This document shows positions 40,661 through 50,463 of a DNA stretch of 64,000 nt, piece by piece. A program made the position numbers and the translations under genes. The stretch spans positions 170,561 to 234,560 of the forward strand of contig JAILCC010000016.1 of the NCBI GenBank assembly GCA_024680555.1. Reading direction: 5' to 3'. The first letter of the stretch is position 1, and each line of letters opens with the position of its first letter. This stretch comes from a bacterium (GTDB lineage: Bacteria > Cyanobacteriota > Vampirovibrionia > Gastranaerophilales > JAILCC01). The notes beneath the pieces were generated by a model. The model was not told the DNA's origin. It made no database searches and was given only the letters and a program-made list of their open reading frames with translations.

Positions 40661-40699
40661 AAAAATAGCCGTCAAACTTGTGTCTGACGGCTATTTTTT
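40661..40699. terminator. Intrinsic terminator of tRNA-Ala
   Basis: AAAAATAGCCGTCA...TGACGGCTATTTTT. Confidence 0.85.
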
Positions 40700-40771
40700 G
40701 GAGGATAGGAGACTCGAACTCCTAACCCCCTGCGTGCAAAGCAGGTGCTCTACCAATTGAGCTAATCCCCC
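40699..40771 (-). tRNA. tRNA-Ala(UGC)
   Basis: GGGGGAT/ATCCTCC acceptor with G3:U70, CCTGC-TTTGCAC-GCAGG anticodon arm, GTTCGAG T loop. Confidence 0.96.
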
Positions 40772-40828
40772 ATAGGAATTCTATATTTTTATTCTATTTA
40801 AAAAATAATCTTTGTCAATAAATAATTT

Positions 40829-41548
40829 CTAAAAACTGAGCTTGGGGATTTCCATATCAAAAACTCGGGACAAGTCGATATTCTGCAAAATCTCGCTTAT
40901 TAAACTCTCCGGATATATGCCCTCGCCGGTCACGTTAACATTGGGAATGTACCCCAACACACCATGCTCTATCATTTGTTCCACAAGTTTTACCTCCTGA
41001 TGAAACTTGTTTTTCTTATCGGTCGGGGAATAATTATTGAAAACCACGCCCAAAACCTCAAGTTTTGCATCTTCGGCAGCATTTATTGTCAACATGGCTT
41101 TGTTAACAAAATCATTTTTCACATCAATAACGATAACAACAGGGAGCTTTAAATGCTGAGCAATCTCAATATTGGAAATTCGTCCGGTAATAGGCGTCAT
41201 TATTCCACCGCAGCCCTCAACAATCATTATGTCGTTTTCTTGTTTTGCAGCGCTATAATCACGAATAATCGATTCAAGAGTAAACTTCACGTGCTCATTT
41301 TCCATAGCAACCGCAGGCACCTGATTTAGCTTTAGATTGTAAGACGAATACGTTTTTATATTCGGATCCAATTTTTTTACAAAATTCAAGTCGGGAGAAA
41401 ACTGCTTGTCGCTCGCATATTTGCAGCCTGTTTGAACCGGCTTATACACCGCCATCTCGTATCCAAGACTTTGCATAACAGCTGCCACGCCTGCGCCAAA
41501 TATAGTTTTTCCTGTTTTTTCGCCTGTTGATGTTACAAAAATATTCAT
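40829..41548 (-). CDS. bioD: Dethiobiotin synthase-like protein
   Basis: TSTGEKTGKT, YKPVQTG, IVEGCGG, GVVFN. Confidence 0.75.
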   Translation of the reverse strand: MNIFVTSTGEKTGKTIFGAGVAAVMQSLGYEMAVYKPVQTGCKYASDKQFSPDLNFVKKLDPNIKTYSSYNLKLNQVPAVAMENEHVKFTLESIIRDYSAAKQENDIMIVEGCGGIMTPITGRISNIEIAQHLKLPVVIVIDVKNDFVNKAMLTINAAEDAKLEVLGVVFNNYSPTDKKNKFHQEVKLVEQMIEHGVLGYIPNVNVTGEGIYPESLISEILQNIDLSRVFDMEIPKLSF

Positions 41549-41569
41549 AAAAAAATTATAATCTAAAAA

Positions 41570-42733
41570 TTAAAAAGCGGTAGCCTCAAAATCATTTTCT
41601 ATGTCAAAATACTTCAAAATTGTCGCCGCAACATCAGCAAAAGTTGTTCTCACGCCAAGATTTGCGGGAATGACATTTTTTCCGTACATCAACACAGGCA
41701 CTTGTTCACGAGTATGGTCAGTTCCGGGTACGGTGGGATCGCAGCCGTGGTCTGCAGTAATTATCAAAATGTCATCATCTTTCATTTCCTTGATAATTTC
41801 TTTGAGATACACATCGATTTCTTCAAGTGCATTTTTATAGCCCATAACGTCATTTCTGTGCCCGAATAGCATATCTGTATCGACAAGGTTTATGAACACA
41901 AGCTCTTGTTTTTCATTAACTTCTTTCACGGCAGAAAGCGTATATTCAAGTCCTTCTTTGTTGGAACCTGTATGAACCGCACGGCTAACTCCGGATTTCA
42001 CAAAAATATCTTCAATTTTGCCTATTGCATAAACGCTTCCGCCGGATTTTTCAATCAAATTAAGCATAGTAGCCCTGGGCGGTGGAACGGAATAATCGTG
42101 CCGAGCCGCAGAAATACGCTTGTATTTTCCGTCAATCGTCTCAAACGGACGAGCAATAACTCTGCTTACATTATATTCATCGGTTAATATCTCTCTTGCA
42201 ATTTCGCACCATTTATACTGCGTTTCTAGGGGAATAGTGTCAATATGGCAAGCAATTTGAAAAACGCTATCAGCACTCGTATAAATAATCGGATATCCTG
42301 TTTTTTGGTGTTCCTGCCCCAAATCCTCAATAATTTTTGTACCCGAAGCCGGATAATTCCCCAAGATATTTTTGCAGCCAGTTTTTTCTATAAATAAGTC
42401 TATAATCTCTTTTGGAAAACCGTTTGGGTATGTTCTGAACGGTTTATCCAAAACCAGTCCCGCTATTTCCCAGTGTCCGGTCGTTGTGTCTTTACCTTGG
42501 GAACGCTCTTTCATAATTCCGTATGACGCAATCGTATTTTTTTCGGGAGGTACGCCTTTTATATCCGCAAGATTTCCTATGCCCATTTTTTGCATAACAG
42601 GAACATTGAGTCCACCTGCAACTCTTGCAACATTTGCCCAGGTATTGCATTCCATAATGTCACCAAAAGCGGGCGCATCAGGAAGCGCACCAATACCCGC
42701 AGAATCAATAATAAGTAAAATAACTCTTTTCAT
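41570..42733 (-). CDS. deoB: Phosphopentomutase
   Basis: DSAGIG, GKDTTTGHWE, YTSADSVFQ, GHRND, TADHGCDP, DHTRE. Confidence 0.95.
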   Translation of the reverse strand: MKRVILLIIDSAGIGALPDAPAFGDIMECNTWANVARVAGGLNVPVMQKMGIGNLADIKGVPPEKNTIASYGIMKERSQGKDTTTGHWEIAGLVLDKPFRTYPNGFPKEIIDLFIEKTGCKNILGNYPASGTKIIEDLGQEHQKTGYPIIYTSADSVFQIACHIDTIPLETQYKWCEIAREILTDEYNVSRVIARPFETIDGKYKRISAARHDYSVPPPRATMLNLIEKSGGSVYAIGKIEDIFVKSGVSRAVHTGSNKEGLEYTLSAVKEVNEKQELVFINLVDTDMLFGHRNDVMGYKNALEEIDVYLKEIIKEMKDDDILIITADHGCDPTVPGTDHTREQVPVLMYGKNVIPANLGVRTTFADVAATILKYFDIENDFEATAF

Positions 42734-42772
42734 ACGAATATTTTAGCGCATTTTTGTACTCTCAGCAAGATG

Positions 42773-42919
42773 TTTTGCGTGCGCAACACACCATGGGGGC
42801 ACATTAAAAAAACATATTTCCTATTTTTGGTAGCCATTTTGCGTGCGCAGCACCCCATGGGGGGCATATTGAAAAAACATATTTTCTATTTTTGGTAGCC
42901 ATTTTGCGTGCGCAGCACC
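42773..42919. repeat. Intergenic tandem repeat of 64-65 bp (two full copies and a partial third)
   Basis: TTTTGCGTGCGCA at 42773, 42837, 42902, each full unit containing CCATGGGGG...TTTTTGGTAGCCA. Confidence 0.9.
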
Positions 42920-42957
42920 TTTGTTATATAATTTTATTAACGCAAGGAGAGATTCTT

Positions 42958-43818
42958 ATGACAAAAAAGGAAGAAGCTGAAGCTAAGACAAGTCTTGAAA
43001 AGTTAGATGAGTTGACAAAAGACATACTAAATAACGGTACTATGGGCGGCGATCCTAATTTTAGGCAAATTGTTTTTTCTGGACTTACACAAACAAAAAA
43101 TAAAATTTTGCTGGAAAAAATGGAAGAAATTCTGTTCGTTCCCGAAGAAGAAGACCTTAAAAAAACGATTATTTTGGGAATATTTTTGCACAAGGAAATG
43201 TTTTCCCCTGTCATAAAATACGGCGAAAGCGTCATTGATATGCCGTATATTGACGATAGTTATGACGAAAAAGAGTCATTTTTGTTTGTTTTGGACGGAC
43301 TTGTTGAACTTGCGTATAAAAACAAATTGGATGAATTCGAAAGCGCAATTCCTTTATTGATGCAGTTATACAAAATCGCTTGCAGCGAAAAAAGCACCTC
43401 CGTTATGGCTGACAAGCTTTTGCAAAGATTTTTAAACTCTAAAATCGGTACGGTAAAAGAGCTGCAACAAGAATTCTCCGAAGTAATTAAAGATGAAACA
43501 AGCGAAATAAATGAAGTTGTCATTGCAATAGATATCCTTTCAAGAGGTCAGTATGCAGGCGTTTTAGAGTTGATAGAAGAAGTTTTAATGAAACTGAAAA
43601 ACGAAACAACAAACCTTGCAGAACTTTTACCTCTATTAGACATCTCAACACTTGCAATAAGCTATTTTTCCGACGCAAAATACCACAAAAAAGTCAAAAA
43701 ACTCCTTGGACTGATAAAAGAAGTTAAGCTCTCAAGCATAGAGGGTATGACAGAAATAATTGAACGAATAAAACGCCGTGTCAAAAAGCTGCATGAGAAT
43801 ATAAATTCAAAGAATTGA
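42958..43818 (+). CDS. Hypothetical all-helical acidic protein
   Basis: AAGGAG SD before ATG at 42958; promoter TTGCGT-N17-TATAAT at 42904-42932. Confidence 0.7.
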   Translation: MTKKEEAEAKTSLEKLDELTKDILNNGTMGGDPNFRQIVFSGLTQTKNKILLEKMEEILFVPEEEDLKKTIILGIFLHKEMFSPVIKYGESVIDMPYIDDSYDEKESFLFVLDGLVELAYKNKLDEFESAIPLLMQLYKIACSEKSTSVMADKLLQRFLNSKIGTVKELQQEFSEVIKDETSEINEVVIAIDILSRGQYAGVLELIEEVLMKLKNETTNLAELLPLLDISTLAISYFSDAKYHKKVKKLLGLIKEVKLSSIEGMTEIIERIKRRVKKLHENINSKN

Positions 43819-43825
43819 GGCAGAA

Positions 43826-45370
43826 ATGTATTTTGAAACAGAACTCAAAACCCCGCTAAATACACTTGATGAACTTTCTTTGATTTATACGCCCGGAGTA
43901 GGCTTTTCTTCAAAAGAAATTGCAAAAGACAAAACCCTCACAAATTCTCTCACAAACAAAGCGAACTGTGTCGGAGTTATTTTTGATACGGATGAACCCC
44001 CAAAATATCTTGCGTTTGCCTATGCAGTATGCGCAATTATAAAAAAGTCTCAAAACATCGATGCATACCCGCTTGTTTCAACAAAATATGATATAAATAA
44101 AATTGTTAAAAATCTTACTCCGACATTCGGCGCATTTTATGTATTTTCAAATAATGAAGTCAAAAATGCAGATATCACGGAAAAACTTGATGATTTTGAT
44201 TTTGATAAAATCGTAAAGAACGCAAAAATCTTAAAAGAAAAGTTAGAAAAAATTCCTAAAAATAAACCTGATTTTTCCGGAGAAGAATTCAGAAAAAAAG
44301 CATTAGAATTAAGGTTTTCACTAAACGGAGTTCTTAAAACAAAAGAATGTGACTTATCGCTCGAAGAAATAAAAAAAACATTTACGAAAGAGAACCTTAC
44401 AAAAATAGAAGTTGAGCGAAAAAATGTTGCGATTATTTCTGACGGAAGTGCCGTTTTGGGATTGGGGAACATAGGGGCTTATGCAGCTATGCCGGTTATG
44501 GAAGGAAAAGCCGCAATATTCAAAGCCCTTGGGAATGTGGATGCCTTTCCGATATGTATAAAAACCCAAAATATTGATGAAATTATTGATATTTCAACGG
44601 CGATTTCTTATTCATTCGGTGGTGTAAATTTAGAAGATATCAACGCACCAAGATGTTTTGAGATTGAGGAGAAACTTGCCCAAAGAACGGATATACCCAT
44701 ATTCCATGATGACCAGCACGGCACTGCCATAATAGTTTTGGCTGCACTTTTGGGCGCATTGAAACTCGCAGGCAAAAACATAAAGGACGTAAAAATAGTT
44801 ATGTCGGGCGCAGGTGCGGCAGCGCAGGCAGTAGCAAAATTGATATTGAAGGCAGGCGCAAAGAATCTCATAATGCGTGATGTAGAGGGTGTAATTTCAA
44901 AAAATTCCGCACATAAAGACAAATATTTGCGAAAAATGGCGGAAGTTACAAACCCGAATCTTGAAAGCGGAAGTCTCGCCGACATTCTAAAAGGTGCTGA
45001 CGTACTTATCGGACTTTCTGCCGCAAACATTGTTTCAAAAGATATGATTAAATCAATGAATGAAAAAGCAATCGTTTTTGTTTTGGCAAACCCAACTCCC
45101 GAAATAATGCCAAACCTCGCCAAGGAAGCAGGCGCATTTATTGTTGCGACAGGACGCTCCGACTTTGAAAACCAAATAAATAACTCTTTGGCTTTCCCCG
45201 GAATATTTAAAGGACTTTTAGCTAAAAACATTAAAAAAGTCACGGACGAAACAAAATATAATGCCGCTCTTGCCATAGCAAATTATGCCGCAAAAGAGCT
45301 TTCCGAACACAAAATTCTGCCTAAAGCGTTAGACAAAGGCATTGTTGAAGAAATTGTAAAAACACTTTAA
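43826..45370 (+). CDS. NAD(P)-dependent malic enzyme (small type) with duplicated N-domain
   Basis: YTPGV, SDGSAVLGLGNIG, MEGKA, NLEDI, FHDDQHGTA, GAGAA, LANPTPEI, NNSLAFPG. Confidence 0.9.
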   Translation: MYFETELKTPLNTLDELSLIYTPGVGFSSKEIAKDKTLTNSLTNKANCVGVIFDTDEPPKYLAFAYAVCAIIKKSQNIDAYPLVSTKYDINKIVKNLTPTFGAFYVFSNNEVKNADITEKLDDFDFDKIVKNAKILKEKLEKIPKNKPDFSGEEFRKKALELRFSLNGVLKTKECDLSLEEIKKTFTKENLTKIEVERKNVAIISDGSAVLGLGNIGAYAAMPVMEGKAAIFKALGNVDAFPICIKTQNIDEIIDISTAISYSFGGVNLEDINAPRCFEIEEKLAQRTDIPIFHDDQHGTAIIVLAALLGALKLAGKNIKDVKIVMSGAGAAAQAVAKLILKAGAKNLIMRDVEGVISKNSAHKDKYLRKMAEVTNPNLESGSLADILKGADVLIGLSAANIVSKDMIKSMNEKAIVFVLANPTPEIMPNLAKEAGAFIVATGRSDFENQINNSLAFPGIFKGLLAKNIKKVTDETKYNAALAIANYAAKELSEHKILPKALDKGIVEEIVKTL

Positions 45371-46005
45371 TTATCAAATCCGGGTGATTTAATCGGCAAT
45401 TTTTGGTAGCCTGGGTGGTTTACAACCGTATTTCTAATCAATGTATTTGCAAAATTTGCATTTTCAAGCATTTTGAGAAGAATATTTTCTCTGTTTGCAA
45501 GGGAAGAATGCTTTTCGTTTTTCAAGTTAGGATTTTTTCTACACATATCAACCCAAACATTGGCTTCCATCGTCCAAGCATATGTTTCTTCATTTATAGA
45601 ATTGTATTCGTCCTGATGGAGTGCCTCGTGGCTAAGAAGTGCCGCAATTGCTTCCGGAGGCGCATTGTGGTGCTTCATATTTATATATATGTATAATTGC
45701 TTACCTTTTTTCATGCCCAACGCATCATAGGATGCGTATTGCGGCTTAATTGCAGAAAGCTCTTTAAATTCAATTTTTATCGGCTTATCGGTAAGATTAT
45801 TGCCCAAAATTGCATCTCTTGAATATTCGCCAACAGTATCTTTCAACTGGTCCAACGCAAGACAAATCGTGTCATCATTTGTGACTTTTTGGTACTCTTT
45901 CGAGCAAATTGATATGGCATCAGGTTCACTTGACTTTGCAAAAGAAATTGACGAAACAAGCGAAATACATATTGCCGACAATAAAATAATATTTAATTTT
46001 TTCAT
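45367..46005 (-). CDS. Exported zincin-like metalloprotein
   Basis: Sec signal; LLSHEALHQ...NEETYA. Confidence 0.6.
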   Translation of the reverse strand: MKKLNIILLSAICISLVSSISFAKSSEPDAISICSKEYQKVTNDDTICLALDQLKDTVGEYSRDAILGNNLTDKPIKIEFKELSAIKPQYASYDALGMKKGKQLYIYINMKHHNAPPEAIAALLSHEALHQDEYNSINEETYAWTMEANVWVDMCRKNPNLKNEKHSSLANRENILLKMLENANFANTLIRNTVVNHPGYQKLPIKSPGFDN

Positions 46006-46079
46006 AGCATAATTCCTTTAGTCTAACCCATGCCAACATTCTGACATTCTTTTTAATGAATTTCCAATAAAATTCAAGT

Positions 46080-46652
46080 TTAATAGTTTGCCTTTCCGCC
46101 TGCAGAGGCATTGTAGCGATAATAATTTTGATTTGTTCTTGCATAAGCTGCATATTCAAGATACCCCGGCAGCTTTTTTAAATATTCTATGGGGTCAATA
46201 TTTTTTCCTTTATAAAAAACTTCGTAATGCAAATGAGGTCCGGTAGAACGTCCTGTAGAGCCGACCAAACCGATAACCTGACCACGTTTCACTATTTCGC
46301 CCTCTTTCACATATACGGATGACAGGTGACCGTAAAGCGTTGTTACCTGAGGAAGTTCGGGTACCATATAGAAGAACTGGTTAATTTTTACACAATTGCC
46401 ATAGCCGCCTTTGACGCCGCTGAATGCAACGACTCCTTCTTGCATGGCATATACCGGAGTTCCGGCATCAGCAGCAATATCAAGCCCCATGTGGTTTGCC
46501 TTATGACCATGAAACGGATCATCTCTTGTACCGAAATAAGAAGAGACCTTACCCATAGTAGGTCCTTGAATACTGTCTGCGGCAAGACTTTGGGGAGCTA
46601 AAAAGCCCAAAGAAAGAAGTAATAATATTACAATTTTAAGCCAATACTTCAC
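46080..46652 (-). CDS. M23 family peptidoglycan endopeptidase
   Basis: HMGLD, YGHL, STGPHLHYEV; signal peptide. Confidence 0.92.
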   Translation of the reverse strand: MKYWLKIVILLLLSLGFLAPQSLAADSIQGPTMGKVSSYFGTRDDPFHGHKANHMGLDIAADAGTPVYAMQEGVVAFSGVKGGYGNCVKINQFFYMVPELPQVTTLYGHLSSVYVKEGEIVKRGQVIGLVGSTGRSTGPHLHYEVFYKGKNIDPIEYLKKLPGYLEYAAYARTNQNYYRYNASAGGKANY

Positions 46653-46856
46653 TAACTTTACTCCATAGGTACCATATACATATTACCTTATTTAGGGAGC
46701 GTTTAATATACATTAAACAGATGAAATCCCTCATTACAATATAGCATTTTTAATCATGTGAGGGCAAACAGTAAACAATAACGTGTCAATTTTGTCCTCT
46801 TTTTATTTTGGTGTTATACTCTTAAACAAGAGAACTTAATATAGAGAGGACAAATA

Positions 46857-48812
46857 ATGGCTCAAATTGAAATCATTTTACCTGACGGTTCAAAAATAAA
46901 TGTGGAAGAGAACTCTACAGCTTTTGATGTTGCAAAAAGCATCTCCGAGGGCTTGGCAAGAAATGCACTTGCCGCAAAAATAAACGACAAATTGTCATCT
47001 TTGACAGAAAAATTAAACAGCGGTGACAAGCTGGAAATATTAACTGACAGAAACCCCGAAGCATTGGCGGTTGTTCGACACTCCTGCTCGCACATTATGG
47101 CACAAGCAGTTCAAAGTATTTATCCAAATGCAAAACTCGCTATCGGACCTGCTATTGAAAACGGATTTTATTACGACTTTGATATTGACGGTGTAACATT
47201 AAAAGAAGAAGATTTTCCCGCAATTGAAGCAAAAATGCAAGAACTTATTTCTCAAAATTTAGTTTTTGAAAAATGCGTTCTGCCTGATGCTGATGCAAAA
47301 ATCGCAGAATTTAAGGCTCAAGGCGAAATTTATAAAGCAGAACTCGTCGAGGAACACAAAAACGACAATCCGACTTTGTATTTGACCAAGACTCAAGACG
47401 GCAAAGAAGTTTGGAACGACTTTTGCTGCGGTCCTCATTTGATGAATACAAAACCGATTAAAGCGTTCAAACTCCTTTCGGTTGCAGGTGCATACTGGAG
47501 AGGTTCGGAAAAGAACAAAATGCTTCAAAGAATATATGCCACAGCATTCTTCAACAAAGCTGATTTGGATGCATATCTGAAACAACTTGAAGAAGCACAA
47601 AAACGAGACCACAGAAAATTGGGTACGGAATTAGATTTGTTCAGTATTCAAGATGCAGTCGGTTCCGGCTTGGTTCTTTGGCATCCAAATCTCGCAGTAG
47701 TTCGTGAAGAAATTGAAAACTATTGGAGAAACGAACACCGCAAAAGAGGATACGTAATCGTTAATACTCCGCATATTGCAAAGCCGGACTTGTGGGAAAT
47801 TTCCGGACACATGGGACACTACAAAGAAAACATGTTTATGGTTACAAATGGAGAAGAAGATTTTGTTCTTAAACCGATGAACTGCCCATTCCACATGCTG
47901 ATTTATAAATCAGAAAGAAGAAGCTATAGAAATTTGCCTATCAGAATGGCAGAACTTGGCACGGTATATCGAAACGAACGTTCGGGCGCATTGGCGGGTA
48001 TGACCCGTGTAAGAGGATTTACACAGGATGATGCGCACATTTTCTGTACTTTGGAACAAATTACGGATGAGGTTATAAATGTTATTGATTTCGTTGACGA
48101 TACATTGAAAATATTCGGTATAACTTATGAAGTCGAACTTTCAACAAGACCTGAAGACAACTATGTCGGCTCTTTGGAAAACTGGGAAAAAGCCGAAGCC
48201 GGCTTGGTCGCTGCTCTTGAAAAGAAAGGACTGAAATACGATATCAACGCAGGCGATGGAGCATTTTACGGTCCAAAAATCGACTTTAAATTAAAAGATG
48301 CTATCGGCAGAACTTGGCAAGGTGCAACAATTCAATTAGACTTTAATCTTCCCGAAAGATTTGAACTCAAATACCAAGACAAAGACGGAGAATTAAAAAC
48401 TCCGGTTATGCTCCACCGTGTAATTTTAGGTTCAATGGAAAGATTTGCAGGTCTATTGATTGAAAACTACACAGGCGCTTTCCCGACATGGCTTGCGCCG
48501 GTTCAAGTAGAAGTTATTCCTATCGCAGACAGACACGTTGACTATGCGGAGAGTGTTTATAAAAAACTCAGGGATATGGGTATACGTGCAAAACTTGACG
48601 ACAGAAGCGAATCCATGAACTACAAAATTCGTGAAGCTCAAAACAAAAAAGTTCCGTATATGCTTGTAATGGGCGACAAGGAAATTGAAGCAAACTCCGT
48701 TGCCGTCAGAGGTTCATCGGGCAGAGGTCAAATCGGCGTTATGTCAGTTGATGAATTTGCACAAAAAATCCAAAAAGAAATTGAAACAAAAGGACAAGAA
48801 ACCTTAGCATAA
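46857..48812 (+). CDS. thrS: Threonine--tRNA ligase
   Basis: TGS domain, RHSCSH, RDHRKLG, KPMNCPFH, RVRGFTQDDAH, GAFYGPKID. Confidence 0.97.
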   Translation: MAQIEIILPDGSKINVEENSTAFDVAKSISEGLARNALAAKINDKLSSLTEKLNSGDKLEILTDRNPEALAVVRHSCSHIMAQAVQSIYPNAKLAIGPAIENGFYYDFDIDGVTLKEEDFPAIEAKMQELISQNLVFEKCVLPDADAKIAEFKAQGEIYKAELVEEHKNDNPTLYLTKTQDGKEVWNDFCCGPHLMNTKPIKAFKLLSVAGAYWRGSEKNKMLQRIYATAFFNKADLDAYLKQLEEAQKRDHRKLGTELDLFSIQDAVGSGLVLWHPNLAVVREEIENYWRNEHRKRGYVIVNTPHIAKPDLWEISGHMGHYKENMFMVTNGEEDFVLKPMNCPFHMLIYKSERRSYRNLPIRMAELGTVYRNERSGALAGMTRVRGFTQDDAHIFCTLEQITDEVINVIDFVDDTLKIFGITYEVELSTRPEDNYVGSLENWEKAEAGLVAALEKKGLKYDINAGDGAFYGPKIDFKLKDAIGRTWQGATIQLDFNLPERFELKYQDKDGELKTPVMLHRVILGSMERFAGLLIENYTGAFPTWLAPVQVEVIPIADRHVDYAESVYKKLRDMGIRAKLDDRSESMNYKIREAQNKKVPYMLVMGDKEIEANSVAVRGSSGRGQIGVMSVDEFAQKIQKEIETKGQETLA

Positions 48813-48827
48813 AACAAAATTATGAAT

Positions 48828-48859
48828 AAAAAAATCGCCCCGCTATGAGGCGATTTTTT
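48828..48859. terminator. Bidirectional intrinsic terminator
   Basis: AAAAAAATCGCC...GGCGATTTTTT. Confidence 0.8.
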
Positions 48860-50084
48860 ATGATATTACACCGTCTTTGTCAATTACGAAATCAAATTCG
48901 CCAATGTCTTCACCGATTGCGGAAGTGAAAATTGTCCGCTCTTTTGAAAGAAGTTTTAGTTTTTCAAACTGCTCTTTTATATAAATCTTTTCCCAAAAAA
49001 GTATTTCAAAATTTTGAAATTCAACTTGTTTTATAATTTCATCAAAATACAATCCGGTATTTTTCCCCGTTTCGAGCTGTGTAATACCTGCAATATTATA
49101 CTTCACACAACTTTCCGCCATCAAAACGGAATGACTTTCGCCCAAGTATTGAGCAACCGAATATATAAAATCATCCCTAACGCATTGAACACCGACAAAA
49201 GACGGCGACTGCACAACGAGAGAAAGTCTGTTTTTAAAATCTTCGGGCAAATCAGCCGGCGGTTTATTTATCTCCAACGAAATTCTTGCACCGAATTTCG
49301 TCGGTAAAAATGATATTATAAGTGAATATGTGAGATTTTTATATTTAAAATCAAATTTTGAATTTTGAGGAACATCTTCATCAAAAGCATCCATGGCGAG
49401 AAACCTGCCTGCAAGACTGTTAATAAATCTTGGGGCAAGTATATTGGGGATAAGACCTTTTACATCTTTGTCAAAGTAAACCCTAAGTCCCTCCTGAGCT
49501 CTTTCCATAAAAATATTTTTTCTGTTTTCGGCTATGGCATTTTTTATAATGGAAGAAATAACCTGTTCAACAGATTCATCCTCCAAATCTCCTGCTAATA
49601 TTGCATCCTGCCAGGATTCCACAGCTACAGGTTGTTTTTTTGAAAAATAATAACACTCGACCGCATCAGCAATTGCATCCTGAGCGCAAACAACGGGTTC
49701 AATAGAGAAACTCTCTGGTTCAAAAAGGTTATTTATGGTAAATAAGTCCAACGGATCAGACATTGCAATTGTTAAAACATCTTCAATTTTAAAAAGAGGG
49801 AAGATATTATAACGCTTGGCATCTTCAGGATTTACGTATTTTAAGCACTCAATATCCGGTACATAATCGGAAAGTTCCACGTATGGGATATGCAGTTTAT
49901 TTTGGATAAAATTCAGCAGTTCTTTTTCGGAAATAATCCCCTCTTTAACCAACTCTACAGAAAGGTTTGTCAAATTTTTTTGCGCATTATCCTGCGCAAA
50001 ATTAAGGGCTTCATAATCGACAAGTCCCTCCCTAACTAAGTCATACTTTAATTTGTCTATGGTTTTATTTGTAAGAAGCAACAT
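48858..50084 (-). CDS. GspE/PilB-like protein: MshEN and N1E domains plus degenerate ATPase remnant
   Basis: LVxEGxI tandem helices, IFPLF...LTIAMSDPLD, VPQ, FLPTKFG; no GxxGxGKT. Confidence 0.7.
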   Translation of the reverse strand: MLLLTNKTIDKLKYDLVREGLVDYEALNFAQDNAQKNLTNLSVELVKEGIISEKELLNFIQNKLHIPYVELSDYVPDIECLKYVNPEDAKRYNIFPLFKIEDVLTIAMSDPLDLFTINNLFEPESFSIEPVVCAQDAIADAVECYYFSKKQPVAVESWQDAILAGDLEDESVEQVISSIIKNAIAENRKNIFMERAQEGLRVYFDKDVKGLIPNILAPRFINSLAGRFLAMDAFDEDVPQNSKFDFKYKNLTYSLIISFLPTKFGARISLEINKPPADLPEDFKNRLSLVVQSPSFVGVQCVRDDFIYSVAQYLGESHSVLMAESCVKYNIAGITQLETGKNTGLYFDEIIKQVEFQNFEILFWEKIYIKEQFEKLKLLSKERTIFTSAIGEDIGEFDFVIDKDGVIS

Positions 50085-50087
50085 TTC

Positions 50088-50456
50088 TTACACCTGCAGA
50101 TGTTTATTTATTAAATCAATTACGTTTGAAATATCAAAAGGTTTTGTAATATATTCATCTGCGCCCGTTTCTTCACCGATGAGTTTGTCTTCTTCCTGAC
50201 TGCGTGCCGTAATCATCAGTATCGGAATATCTTGAAACTTTTTATCAAATTTCAAAAGGCGAGATACTTTGTAGCCATTGATTTTGGGCATCATAACGTC
50301 AAGCAGAATAATGTCAGGTATTGCACGACGAGCAAGATTGAGGGCTTCTTCTCCGTCATAAGCCGTCAAAACCTCAAATCCGTCCGATTCAAGCATAAAC
50401 TGCAGCGTTTCCACAATATCAGCTTCATCATCTGCAATAAGAACTGTTTTCTTCAT
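50088..50456 (-). CDS. Single-domain response regulator
   Basis: ADDE, LLDVMMP, ITA, KPF. Confidence 0.92.
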   Translation of the reverse strand: MKKTVLIADDEADIVETLQFMLESDGFEVLTAYDGEEALNLARRAIPDIILLDVMMPKINGYKVSRLLKFDKKFQDIPILMITARSQEEDKLIGEETGADEYITKPFDISNVIDLINKHLQV

Positions 50457-50463
50457 TTTCTCC

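Noticed and set aside
35186-40700. Intact prophage, ICE or IS element
   Set aside because: No integrase, transposase or phage genes and no duplicated tRNA 3' end found; reported only as a decayed island.
42773-42919. 65-bp periodicity as a mini CRISPR array
   Set aside because: The whole unit is repeated, so there are no distinct spacers.
44608-45276. Long antisense ORFs in the track (e.g. 44608-45276, 5898-6509, 56724-57188, 17943-18377)
   Set aside because: They are shadows of well-supported genes on the opposite strand, with no SD or motifs.
46653-46856. T-box or riboswitch upstream of thrS
   Set aside because: No T-box consensus or terminator; only a weak CCCTCA/TGAGGG pairing, and the promoter lies close to the start codon.
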